A stretch of 53,015 bases of DNA, counting the filler, from Catajapyx aquilonaris (lineage: Eukaryota), in assembly GCA_000934665.2 (NCBI GenBank). It is 2 parts of 2 records of this genome, joined end to end, with 100 filler letters (N's around TTAATTAATTAA, not from the genome) between each part and the next. Parts side by side here need not be neighbours in the genome. Positions count along the whole stretch, not along the records: positions 1 to 26,463 come from JYFJ02005205.1; positions 26,564 to 53,015 come from JYFJ02005206.1. One strand, given 5' to 3'. A model generated the notes under the pieces. That model made no database searches. It saw nothing but the letters and a program-made list of their open reading frames with translations, and was not told the DNA's origin. The position numbers and the translations under genes were made by a program. Below, in pieces: positions 26,075 through 38,300 of this stretch. How positions within the stretch are numbered: position 1 is the stretch's first letter; each line of letters opens with the position of its first letter.

Positions 26075-26463
26075 AAGAGAGAAGATTCTGGAATATGCGT
26101 GTTGTGGGAGTTAGGTTCATTTTCGGAAGCTGAAACATGCGGCGTTAGATTCCTTGGAAAATGTAGACTAACCCCCGATATGCTAATTTTAGGCGGTGTA
26201 GGGGCTTTCCCCTGGATTTCTATAAGGGACAAACAAACAAACTCTCCTCATTTATAGATTAAAATGATCACGTTTTGTTCATAATTTAAAGAGTTCCATA
26301 TCTTGCGATCCTGGTATCTTATTCCATTTTTATCCTATAGGATCGTAGTATACCAGAACCGGTGCCTCCGAAACTTGTCTTTTTACCGTGTCCACAATTG
26401 TGTCGTATTGCGGCAGCCATTCCCACAGGACATCTTTGGTGAGGAGCTTTCTTAAGGGGGCTA

Positions 26464-26563
26464 NNNNNNNNNNNNNNNNNNNNNNNNNNNNNNNNNNNNN
26501 NNNNNNNTTAATTAATTAANNNNNNNNNNNNNNNNNNNNNNNNNNNNNNNNNNNNNNNNNNNN
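26464..26563. other. Synthetic contig linker with stops in all six frames
   Basis: 44 N + TTAATTAATTAA + 44 N, exactly 100 nt. Confidence 0.97.
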
Positions 26564-26943
26564 AAAATCGGATTTTTAAAATAGGCGGATTTTTTTAAAA
26601 AAAAATTTGAAATTTTGAAAATGGGACAAAATTTTCAAAAAAGTCAAAATGCGAATTTTCTATCCTTAGTCAGATTGGGCTCTCGAATCTCTTCAAAGGG
26701 AGCGGTCTACGACGTCTGTAGCTCAATTGGTTCACGAGATATGACCGATTTCTGAAACCCTACCTTCCGAAAATGACGTTTTTTTCGGTGGGCCTATCTC
26801 CGGGGAGGGGGGGTAAATCTCAAAACCGCGCAAATGGTATTTTTGAAAGACGTAATTAAAGCGATTCGCCGATTTTCGTCAAAATCTGACAACCCAAGGG
26901 TCAATTTTCCTTAAAAGCTCGGTGAATTGACATGGAATGACCC
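26564..26943. mobile_element. Right end of a PIF/Harbinger-like element truncated at the contig edge
   Basis: Ends TGACATGGAATGACCC|TTA, the same GGGTCATTCC terminus type as 39489-39981. Confidence 0.6.
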
Positions 26944-27174
26944 TTATAAATCAGCTATCACATTGTACCACTCTTGATTGTACCTAATTACAGCAATACC
27001 TCACTTTACAGTGCTTCACTAAAGTGACGCTTATTCATGATTATAATTTTTGGCCCTCTACAGTTCAAAATACTGTATAGTGGCATCTATTGAAAATGTA
27101 AATATTATTTTTACTTTGTTTTTATGGGCATAGCACTAATGCAAACAATATACACAATCATGTAAATTCAGTAT

Positions 27175-27943
27175 TACCTCATTTAAAGCGGCATGCGGTA
27201 TAAAACGAGGTCGACCAGCATGTCGGTATAACCCGGGGGTGGCCGGCTAGATGCCGCAATAACCGAGGTAGATTTCCGTCATTTTGATCCTTGACAAATT
27301 TTTTAAATGCATCTGGTACTGTACTAAAATAATGTTACTGTTAAAAATGTGCGAGTGCAGGCTTACAGGGCTGTGAGAATATGCCCAAGTTCGTCTGTTG
27401 CACATGGCATAGTGTGTGACCAATCCCAATTATTCAGCTCCATATTCAGCCTGCTCTGAAAGGGGAACCCCCCTAAACATTACAAAGGATCAAGGCAAAT
27501 TCCTTCAGTCCTTCCTTTTGCTCAGTAGTTAGCTGGTCACAGATCTCATTGGCAATCAGAGAATCACTTTGTGTAGTGGTATCAAGTCTGAGAAGCCTCA
27601 TTACTCAGATAATAAAATCCAAACCCAACCTATGAAATATCCTGGTAGGTATGTGTCCCTTCTTGCACTTTTAATTGAAAATGTTACCGTGAAAGTTGAA
27701 CTTAACGAACGATCTTATGGGAGGCAATAGAGGTGTCCTGGGCTGTATCCACACCATAAAACAGGGTGTAATGCATTCATTTTAGTAATAATAATTTTCA
27801 TAGAAATCGTGATAATGCTGTGGAAACCTCGCCATATACCGGCATACCTCGCTTAGACCGGCATGCCGGTATAGCCACCAGATCAGGCATTTCTAAAAAC
27901 TGGTCGACCTGGACTACACCGGCATGCCGCTTTAAGTGAGGTG
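27175..27943. mobile_element. MITE with ~45-bp imperfect TIRs
   Basis: ACCTCATTTAAAGCGGCATGC...AGGTCGACCAG is mirrored at 27900-27942, with GCATG(C/T)CGGTATA subterminal repeats. Confidence 0.7.
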
Positions 27944-28196
27944 TAGGTTTCGATGTGCACTAGCAAAAGAAAAAAGGCCTGTGTGGCACTATTCGCCATA
28001 TATCAGTGGTCTGGAACCTAACCTCCTGTATTTACAAAGTATTCTTGTTCATCTTGAGTGAATATTTTAAACATGAAGCAAACCCCAAGGGGTCTGTGAA
28101 CAACCAGCTGAAGATTTTAAATACATCAACATACTATGTGCATCATTATTGTTTCTTGCTTTTCTTGTTTGATGCAAAAGGTTGTTTAAAATTCTA

Positions 28197-28470
28197 AGGG
28201 CGACACGGTGGCGGAGTGGTTAGCGCCGCAGCCTTCCACCTCTAAGGTCCCAAGTTCGATCCCCGGGTCGGACGGAGGATGCTTAACTGGATAGAGTTTC
28301 GATGGGTTATCTCCGTGTTCGTGTGGGTTTTCTCGGGGTTCTCCCGTTTCCTCCCACTATCAAAATCCATCACATTACAGGCAAATGATTAAAGTCGGTT
28401 ATTCAAAAGATGGTCCCCTAAGAGGCCCAAGGGGCCTATCACGGGGTATCCATTATTATCATTATTATTA
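28197..28470 (+). mobile_element. tRNA-derived SINE, family C, with V-domain-like core
   Basis: A and B boxes are present. GTGTGGGTTTTCTCGGGGTTCTCCCGTTTCCTCCCAC resembles the V-SINE core. (ATT)n tail and perfect 15-bp TSD TTGTTTAAAATTCTA (28182-28196, 28471-28485). Confidence 0.88.
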
Positions 28471-28769
28471 TTGTTTAAAATTCTATGGATATACACAGCA
28501 AGTCTTTTCCCCATTTTCTAGCAATGTGACCAGGCAGAATGATACTCCCTTCTCAGCCCAGGTCCAAGAGAAAAGATCTGGCTTTTGGAAGATCCAAAAT
28601 TATTCAAAAAAATACCCAGGATGACACTTTCCCTTCTCTCCCAATTTCAGTGTGGTGTACTACAGTACATGCAATGATAATAATAAATAAAGGTCTGTGA
28701 TATACACCCCACAGCACATGGTTGAAAGCACTACCTGGATTATTATAATATTATAATTTATTATCCTCC

Positions 28770-29515
28770 TTGACACAGCCTGCAAACTCCTCACTTATCA
28801 GGAAGAAATGATGGGTACTACTCCACCCCAGGTGCACTAACAAGTGGTCAAATACCTGGACTGCATGTAGGAAGGCATCCACTACCATGGGAGTAACTTC
28901 TCCACATGGTGTCCCATTCTGGAGTGCCGAGACATTCAAATCCAACACAGGATGAAGAGCATCTCGAAAGCCTCCCCAGCCAAGGGAAGGTAATGGAATG
29001 TGTGGCACTTGGCCCAAGTTCCAGCCACTTCCTGGCATTGGCTAAAATTACCTGTTTTTCCAACTGCCAGTTGAGTTTGTTCACCAGGCCCGCGTCAACA
29101 TCATCCCTCACTACAGAGTTCAGCCATGGGCTGATCCAGCAGATGGGAGGAGCAGGACACATGTTCTATGCTATTGCATGCACATCTCTCTGGCCTGTGA
29201 GAGGCACCATGATGCATAAGTAAAAAGGCTCTGTAAAGAAGTCAGTTATAAGGTAGCAGATTGTCATGTTATCTGGCTGTGGTGCCAGGATCACTGCTGA
29301 GACCTGACCTTGCAATTGTACAGGGAAAGGAATTATTATTGAAATGGGATGTGATGATTCAATTTGAAAACACCCCTGAGGCATTGGCTGAAGCAAAATT
29401 CCTGAAGGAGGTGAAATATGCACCAATGTCTGAGCATTTACAGCCAAAATTCTGACTGGTGACAGTTGATAGTGTGATTGTTGGGGCATTGGGCACTTGG
29501 GACCCATGTAATAAC
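28770..29515 (+). mobile_element. Decayed Utopia/NeSL-clade non-LTR retrotransposon, C-terminal restriction-like endonuclease region
   Basis: Frameshifted motifs occur in the expected order: WTACRKAS, QGKVMECVA...SSHFL, FVHQARVNIIP, RHHD, VPGSLLRPDLAI...DVMIQFEN...KEVKYAP, VIVGALGTWDPCN. Confidence 0.85.
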
Positions 29516-29832
29516 AAAATTGGAAACAACAGCATGGAAAGTCTTCCTTAAGTGTTCAAGAAGCACTGCGCGAGTAACACTTTACTTAGGTAATAATGTT
29601 TTGAAGTGTTTAAATATGTAGTTTCAGGTCTACAGTTTGCTTATTTTGTTATAAGATATAAGAGATGGCTGTGGTGTTTTTACATGTAAAGTCTCTATTT
29701 GGAAATGTGTATGTAATACTCTCTATCTGCATTCAAAAACAACAAAACCATGTAACAGGGACAGTTATATGAGTAACACGAGGCATGTAACAATCCAACT
29801 GTTTTATTGGCCAGTCATTTGCTGCTTGCTTC

Positions 29833-32800
29833 TTATGGACTCTTCAGCCCAACCAACTGCTCACTAATGTTCCACAGCCTGTTTGCCATGGCTTCAGTGC
29901 GTTTAGCCTTACTGCCACAAATTGCGCAATCCTTATAAAACTTTCCAGTCTCGTCCTCCACTTCTTCGGACACTGCACAATGCAGGATTGTCTGTGCTCC
30001 CTGAAAAAGTGCCATTAACAAAAGTATTGCTTCCATTGAAGTAATATTGAAATTCATACCTGTTTAGGTGTTCTGGTGAAAAGAAGAACGACAGGCAAGA
30101 TGAATATATACTGGTACCAACGAAATGGCATGTGGCGATTCAGATTTGTGAACACAAATCCAGGTGAGACAGTGTACACATGCACTCCAGTGCCAGCCAT
30201 GCGCTTAGCCAGCTCTTCACCAAATAAAACGTTGGCCAGCTTAGAGTTGCTGTATCCGGAATTACGCAGAGATTTGTCCCACCCTTTTTCTGCGTTGAGG
30301 TTATCTAGATTGATCTTGCCTTTTTCATGAAGCATGGATGACACAATCACCACCCTGCTTATTCAGAAAATGAAAACATTTAATCCATGGCACACAATGT
30401 GAAGAATAAATGACTAATTTTTATAAATGAAATCAAGATCCTGATCAACTTTTCTTAAGCAATTAGCCAAGATCTAAATAGAAATACAAAAGGATGGGTT
30501 GAAGGATGGATTTCGGCTCATATCGCAACAATATTGTTTGTGAGGTTGTTCCCCATAACATTTGATGAAGAAGTGAGAGTCAGTTCTTGCCTACTTAGAT
30601 CCCTAATTAGGAATGTGTATTTGAAAATCAACCTTTTCAAACATCTAATGGCAGGATGAGGAGCATTCTAAAATCTTTCTTTTACTGGTTTACCATAGTA
30701 CTACCCCAGTTTTGGGGAGGTGTGGTGGCCGGGGTGGTAATGTCTCGACTTGCTGAGTGAAAGGTCCCAGGTTCGATCCCCGCCTGGGAGTTCCCTTTCA
30801 CCTGCATTGGGAGGGCCTGGCAACCTAACCTCCTGGGGGACTGCACATGGCCCAAACTTTTAAGACATTGCACATGCACAAGAGTGTCCCCTCCCAAACG
30901 AACCCTATCCCTACCCTACATCTTGAAGTCCTTGCACAGTGATTGAAGAAAAACAAGTTTGAAAACTGATGGTGGTGTGTCACCTATAACGACTTATAGT
31001 TGTATCACGGGGTAAAACAAATATTTTTTAAAAAAAATGTACTACCCCAGTTTAAGAGTTGCACAATCAATTATTTTATCAAAGAATACTATTAGTGACT
31101 AATAAGTAACTTGAAAAAAAAAGCAGGGAGGCATGGTGGCCGAGACAGTAACGTCTCAGCTTGCTGTACGAAAGGTCCCGGGTTAGAATTCCGCCTGGGA
31201 GTTCCCTTTTGCCTGCGTCAGGAGGGTCTCTGACCCGCGCCTTGGAGGCGTCTGGCAACCTAACCTCCAGGGAGACTGCACATGACTATTTTCCGACATT
31301 GCACCTGCACCTGTGTCTCCTCCCCGAAAACCCCCCATCCTAACCCTGTCCTTTCTTCCTTGCATCGGAGTTGAAAAAAAATATAAGAAAATTGAATTTA
31401 CGGTGGTTCTCCACCTTTCTAAAAGAGCTCTGTTCTCTCTAACAGGGTAACATAAGAAAAAAGTAACTTGAAAAAAAGCATTCTCCATAATTGTTGGAAA
31501 AAATGACACAAAAATTGAAGAGGTCACTTGCCAAATGGCCCAAGTCTATGAGGTGCAAGTTTTCAGGAGACAAAAAAACTGCATGTATGCTTCATTGCTC
31601 CATATGGAGTTTCGCAGTTTATGATTAAATTATAAGCCACAAGATAGGCCAGTTCTGGTTGACTTAGACAGTGCTTCCCAAATTGTGGGTCACGACCCCA
31701 TTTGGGGTCGCGAAAATAATATTTGGGGTCGCGAGGAAGGGTAACAAATTATTTTCACAAAATGATGCTATCTTTCTTGAAAATCATGATCATAAGGTAA
31801 GGTCATTTAACTGTCCGCCTGTCTTTTCGTGTTAGGGGATCAAAATGTGCACATATAGGGGGTCGCAAAATTTACAAAATGATTTTTCGGGGTCGCCAAG
31901 GAAAGAAATTGGGAAGCACTGACTTAGACCCTTCATCTTCACCAGGGCTGTGAGGCCCGACTCCAAGATTAGGAATTCGCAATAAAAAGGTGTTTCGAAA
32001 TTTGGGGCTTGGGCCCTTCGGCAAGTGACATCTTCAATTCTCAAAGCATCCTAATCCAGATGTCTCAGTTGGGATCTATCTAGGAAAAAAATGTTTCACT
32101 TTTTCTTCCTAAATTATTAGGAACAGCTTCACTAAAATTTATTGATACCCCCAAAAACCAATCCTGTAACAGATGCTTTGCTCTGCATATAGCAGGCAAT
32201 ATTTCACAAGGTGCAGAAGAGCCTGTGAATTTGATAATAGCCATTAAATTGTAGCAATTCAGGAATGAAAGTGATACTATGTAGAGATATACTGTGAACA
32301 AATTACAATGATGAAGAACTGCATATTGAATAGTTGCATTAGCGTAGCTTGCACTTGCACAGATACCCAGTGTGGAAGCCATGCAGTGTGAGCCAAGGTG
32401 AGACATGTGGCTAACCTGCTAGGTTTTGCAGCCTTGAGTTGTTCCAAAAGAAGATTGGTGAGGAGGAAGTGCCCCAAGTGGTTAACTCCAAAGTGCACTT
32501 CGAATCCATCTCTGGTCACCATCCGACGCTCCATAGGGACATAGACACCAGCATTGTTGATTAACACGTGGATACGCTCAAAGCGTTCCTCCATCTCCTT
32601 TGCAAAAATGCGTATTGAATCCAAGGAGCCTAAGTCCAAATAGGCTGGAATCTGGGGGTAAATAGTTGCATATTAGTGTATAAATAGATAGATAGATAGA
32701 TAGATTTTTTTTTTTTTAAAGGATTCATATTAGTGTAATGTATACAGGGTGAAGGGAAACTTGCGTACAATCGCCAGGTAGTTAGTACTCGCAAAACTAA

Positions 32801-34088
32801 TATAGGGATGTGCAATTAGTTATGGGCTCTGTTGCCTAGTTAATGCGTACGGTGCTGTCAAAGTTTCGTGACATCACATCCGTTCCGCCAAAAGTCAGTT
32901 AGAGGGCCTCCGGTCCCTTGCCTTGGTCCCCTAACACATCGTCCATTTGCAATGGGTGATCAAATCCCATCAGAGGAAGAATCCAGGTACGATACCCGTG
33001 CACTTTGTCGTTTTTGCCTCGTATTTTACAATCCGGCCCTCTACACTTTAAAGGCGCCATACGCATTAACTACGCGACAGAGCCAAAAACTAATTGCACA
33101 TCCCTATATTAGTTTTGCGAGTACTACCTATAAGTTTACCTGGCGATTGTACGTGAGTTTCCCTTCACCATGTATATTACTGCAGCAGGAGCATCTGACA
33201 AAGAGAGATCCCAGGCGGGAATGGCTGGAGTAGACAAAAATTGTGCAGTGGGTAAATCTCAGGTGTATAATTCACTGGCTAGAGTAAAAACATCCAATAT
33301 GCAGCCATTTTCGAGATAAGAGTGACAAACAATCCAGTGCACTGTTCGGAAGGTAACAAGAAGGTATGGTTTCCAAGGAAGCTCAACTTGGTGTAGTGGT
33401 TAGCGCATTTGCCTCTGAATCCAAATGTCCTGCATTTGAGAAGCCCCCCCCGGGGCCCTCTTTTTCTACTGAAGTTCTTTGTCTGCATATAGTTTTGGCT
33501 GTACTTACTGAAATTTAATGTCGTTTGGCACATGGTTCACTCTAATTACTGTAATAATCACAACACAACAGATGTGCAATACCAGATGTGTGTTTTTCAT
33601 TATGTGTTTTCTTGACAAGGATGGCCCTTACGTACTGTGCTGACCACATGCAGGGGAAGGGACAATAAGTCTTCAAGTAATTTTTGTACATGTTTAGTAA
33701 GGGTCTGTAAGGGCCATCCTCAATGAGAATAACATCCTAAACCTAATCAAATTGAGGTAGTAGCTATCTGCTGCATCACCTATGAATTACTGACCACCAT
33801 TAAATTCTTGCAAATCATAATTACCAGTTCTCCTTCACTTGTGCTCTGTCGAATATCCTTAATAGCTTCTATGGCATTGGTCATGTCCCGGCAAGCCATC
33901 ACAACACGGGCCCTTCTTTTGGCAAGCTCCAGTGCGGTGGCCTTCCCCAGTCCAGAGTTTGCCCCTGTGACCAGGACCACCTTTCCTAACATGCTGCTTG
34001 TGCTGCGACAAACTCCCCATTTAGACTCCCGGTACTTGCGAAACAGGAAGAGTCCCACAACGACGAACAGAACAGTAGCAACATCCAT
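29833..34088 (-). CDS. Retinol dehydrogenase 11-14-like short-chain dehydrogenase/reductase (most like RDH14), 320 aa, 4 coding exons
   Basis: Exons 34088-33825, 32651-32416, 30354-30060 and 30000-29833 are all GT-AG and in phase. The protein has an N-terminal hydrophobic anchor, [25 protein letters not shown] and catalytic YSNSK. AATAAA is on the minus strand near 29803. Confidence 0.93.
30713..31038 (+). mobile_element. SINE family A (RDH intron 2)
   Basis: Homologous to the 7607 copy. 15-bp TSD GTACTACCCCAGTTT. Confidence 0.9.
31126..31460 (+). mobile_element. SINE family A (RDH intron 2)
   Basis: Homologous to the 7607 copy. ~20-bp TSD AAGTAACTTGA(n)GCA. Confidence 0.9.
31669..31921. 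mobile_element. hAT (Charlie-type) MITE
   Basis: CAGTGCTTCCCAA...TTGGGAAGCACTG termini, ACTTAGA(C) duplicated in the flanks, and GGGGTCGC repeats. Confidence 0.88.
32745..33172. mobile_element. Tc1/mariner-type MITE with ~110-bp TIRs (RDH intron 1)
   Basis: TA|CAGGGTGAAGGGAAAC...GTTTCCCTTCACCATG|TA. Confidence 0.88.
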
Positions 34089-34442
34089 TGTTCAGCAGAT
34101 GCAGAACACCCAGGTCTCTCCTAGAGGAATCAAATTCAGTCTCTGGTCATGTTTCTAAGGCATGTTGGGACTAGATATGCAGGTTTTAGCTTCTGTTAGA
34201 AGAGTTTGTGGTGCTGGATGGAAAAGGTTATCTCTTGGCAAGGCAGGAGCTCAATGATCTCCGTCTCTCTGCAGCCGAGTCGGCCGGGCAGCCGTCTAGC
34301 CGACTAGGTTCAAACTAGTTTCATAACGATGGTGATAGATGGCAACACTGGTATCAACCATTCCTGTTTTATAAAAAGAACAAAAGATGGCGAGTAATTG
34401 ACAGTGGCACGTTGGTGGTCTATTTGTAGTGCAAGTGCACTA

Positions 34443-35102
34443 TATGAGCCTTTTAACGCTACGTCATCACAACAAAGGCGGCCGCCATGTTGGTTGGGTA
34501 AAACCCCTATCCCACCCGTGTTGTTGGCACGGTTTTTGAGGTCTGCCGGGGTTTGTGAGCTCTGCTGTGGCCCGTGGTTGGCCCGTGGTCTACATACGGG
34601 GTTCCCCGACATGGCCCGCCCTTTGGAACCACTGCCGCACTGCGCGGAAAGTCTTACTACGGGAGAAACAAAGAGGCGAGGCGATACGATACTCGATACG
34701 ATACTCTCGTGGGTAAATGATCGCTCCTGCTCGTGTTGTTGGCAGTGTTTGTGACGGTCTGTGAGGTTCGCCGGGGTTAATTAGTCACACTGCTACTTCC
34801 AGCAGGGAAATAAACACGGGAAATGGTTACTTTGTGCAAAGTGTGAGCTCCGCAAATCAGTCGATGTTTGGTGGGTTACCAACTTTTTTCGACCTTCTCC
34901 ACTCTCCTGACGGCGGCCAACAATCTGGCCCTCCCCTCCACATCAACTTGGAACCGAAAAAAAGGCCGGCGTGGCTTACTTACTCGATATATTGTTGCAG
35001 AAATAACCCGCTCAGCATGCCGCCATTGCTGGTTCTGCCCAACCAACATGGCCGCCGCGAAAAAAAAAGGTAAACAAATACGTCACGGCTAAAAGGTCCA
35101 TT
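34443..35102. promoter_or_regulatory. Divergent RDH/ECH1 intergenic region bounded by degenerate inverted repeats (old MITE-like element in the probable bidirectional promoter)
   Basis: 34484-34505 pairs with 35031-35052 (20/22), plus weaker outer arms. The region is CpG-rich and lies between head-to-head genes. Confidence 0.5.
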
Positions 35103-35346
35103 GCAGTGACTTGCACATGATACCTTTTCTGTGTAACTGCGAGGACCAACAGGTGGTGTTGGCTACCTCAAAAATAGTTTGATGTCCATACTGTTAGATA
35201 GTAAACTGACATATTCGAACGTCCTGCTGTGACCGGACCAGACGTATTCAGTGATTGTGAAGGAACTGAACTGGGGTTGACTACAGTAACGCTTGCTGTT
35301 GACATTTTTATTATCTGGGTGCAGAACGGTGCAGAAGATAAGAAAA

Positions 35347-38300
35347 ATGAACTTTGGTTCTAGGTTTGGACGAGTTGCGCTTATAGGAGGTGAGTATTCA
35401 CTATGGATTTAATTAATGAAGGTTAACCAAGGCCGACACAGGCCACGAGGTAGTTACCTGAAAACAGATATAGGCCTATATGGTGGTATAACCGAGCGTT
35501 TAACCCTAAATGAAAGGATGGCTATGGACATTCTGTATTTAGGGGATGCATTTACATTGTCCATTGTTAACCCCTTAGCTACCAGATAAGCCCGAACCAC
35601 ACAGATTTCGGCTTACGCGTACTCCGAAGATCCTGACAAGATATTATACAGATAATAACAGCTATACTTACCTGATCTGGGAAAAGACTGTGAATGTGTC
35701 TCGAACAATTTTACTCGTCCAGAAGTCCCAAAATTAATTTCCAAAAAAAGGCTATAAAAACTCGAAATTGGAGAACTGCCAAACAACTGTTAGGCTGATT
35801 TAATTATGAAATGCGAGGAAATATTTTTTGAAATTTTGAACTTTGTTTTACCCCGTGATAGGCCTACATAGGCTCTGTTTGGCGGTGGTACACCACCATC
35901 AATTTTCTTGCATTATTTTTCTTTCCTCCAGTGCAAGGGGACATGATAGGGATAATGAGGGGGAGACACTGGTGCAGGTGCAGTGTCTCAAGTTGGGGGT
36001 CGTGTGCAGTCCCTCTAGGGGTAATGCGGGTCAGAAACCCCCCCCACCGACACCGCACCTCATGGACGGGACAAGGATAGGAAAGGAAGGAAGCGGCTGT
36101 GGCCTATTATTTAGGAAGCAATCCCGGAATTCTCCTGGAGGGACCGTGGGAAACCACAGAAATCCACGGTTAGGATTGCCAGCCCCGGGACTCGAACCCA
36201 AGACCTCCCAATTAGCAGTCGAACACCACCTTATCCACTCCACCAAACTGCTTCGGTAATGCGTGGAAATATGTGGAATAACAACCTTGAGAACCGTTCC
36301 AGAAGAATTTGCTGAAATCGTTGTACTTTGCGAGAAATAAATTAATACTTATTTGCTGCTTTCTGGCACTTCGGAAAACTTTGGAAAACTCCCAAATTTA
36401 TTTTCTTCTCATGAAGTACGACGATTTCAGCAAATTCATCTCATACTCATTTGGGAGTTTTCCTAAGTGCCAGAAAAGCCGAAAATAAGTATTAATTTAT
36501 TTCTCGCAAAGTACGACGATTTCAGCAAATTTGTCTGGCATGGTTTGCAAGGTTATTCCGCATATTGCCACGCATTTCATTATTAAATCCACCTAACAGT
36601 TGGTCGGAAATACTAGGATTTCCAGTGTTATAACTCTTTTTGGAAATTAATTTTGAGACTTCTAGACGAGTAAAATTGTTCGAGACACATTCATAGTCTT
36701 TTCCCAGATCGGGTAAGTATAGCTGTTATTATCTGTAAAATATCTTGTCTGTATCTTCATAGTACGCGTAAGCCAAAAATAATCTGTGTGGTTCGGGCCT
36801 ATCTGGTAGGGAAGGGGTTAACTGGACCAGTGTAAACAGTGTAAACAAAAGTACGTAAGGCCCTCGTGCATACTGAATATTCAAACTTGGAATCAGAGTT
36901 GGCTGGCTCCATGTTAAGAGGGAGTTAAGCGACAGTTGCTGTTTCATCCTGGGAAAACTTTGATGTGGTCCTGGGGTCAGAGCTGAGTAACCTTCTGCCT
37001 GTTTTCATTATGTGGGTGGGTCCAACTCAACCATGGAATTAATCCTACTCTTGACCTGGGGTTATTCATCCAGTGGACTGTATGTGTATCCTGGGCCTTT
37101 AAGTACCAATAGAATTACTCTATGCTGATATTGAATGAGATGGTGAGTTTGTATCTCTGGATTGATAGAACTGTGCCTGGTATCCAAATGGACTAGGTGT
37201 AGCCTAGGTTCAAGCACTCTCGAATATATAAATGACCCCTACTTGTAGTACCACATGCATATCCCCAAGTGCAAAAAAGTAGATGCATAACAGGCCTAAT
37301 GGTAACTAACAATGCATATAAACCCAAAAAGGGGACGGGTGCTTGCTCCATGCTTGTTCCAGATCAAGGTTGCGCGGATATTTTGGAAGTTACTCTGTAC
37401 TATATGCCTCCTTTCTGCACCTATTGGCACATGCATAATAAACAGATGTTTCTATAAAACTGAGACAGTAAACCCAATTTTTTTAAAAAAAAAACCTAAA
37501 GCTACCTAGAGAGGATGTCATTAGGACCATTTCACTGAACATATTCAATAGCACAAATGATTTCTAGGGAGCAAGCTAAGTTTTTAAAGATGTTAGCTGC
37601 ACATAAACCTTGACTGACCTTGACACACTCCCAACTGGTAAATAAATCACTCCACAATCTATTCCAGGTGTTCGAAGTGGATTGTCCCTGTCTCAGGTTA
37701 TTGCACCAAAAACTATGAGTTCTACATCTGAGTCTGTCAACAAGTACAAATTTGAGACTATGGCTGTTACCACTCCCAAGGAATTTGTCTTCCATGTGGA
37801 GATTAACCGTCCTGACAGTCTAAATGCTCTCAACAAGACCATGTGGAAGTGAGTACATTTTAAGTTCTGAAATTACTGCAAGGCTGCAATTGCATGTGAC
37901 CTGCCAGAAATACTGGACTAGATGAATAGATTTGGTTTTATGGGGGTACGAGGGTAGTTCATTAAGCAGGAAAGATTAAAAATTTTCCAGGTTTCTGTGT
38001 TGCATATATTAGAAAATTGAAATGCACATTTGCCATTACCAGTGCCATTCTGCTTGCCCTCAGTTTTCTAACCTTGGCAATGCAGAAAGCAATAAAAAAA
38101 ATTAACTTTCCCTACTTGCTCTTGTAACCAAAGCTATGTATGAAAGGCTACGATTTTTGAAACTTATGACTTTACAGGTTTGGTACAATCTGCCTGGAAT
38201 CTTAGTTCATCTTGATGTTACTCGTCCAGTTTTTGATATATGATCTTTTATATGAGACTGACTGATATGTATTTTTAATTTCAGAGAAATTGGTGCCTGC

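Larger units (their letters stand above)
22779..26258 (-). mobile_element. Non-autonomous Helitron carrying two nested DNA elements
   Basis: The minus strand begins A|TCTATAAATG with (GTTT)n and ends with the hairpin ACCCGGGCAACGCCGGGT then CTAG|T. Pairing these two ends is inferred. Confidence 0.72.

Noticed and set aside
31200..31290. HDV-like or hammerhead ribozyme in the SINE body
   Set aside because: Only simple hairpins were found, and I could not build the nested pseudoknot or a CUGANGA/GAAA core by eye.
33618..33720. 14-bp perfect inverted repeat in RDH intron 1 as a snoRNA or miRNA
   Set aside because: No C/D or H/ACA boxes in the right places, so more likely a decayed MITE.
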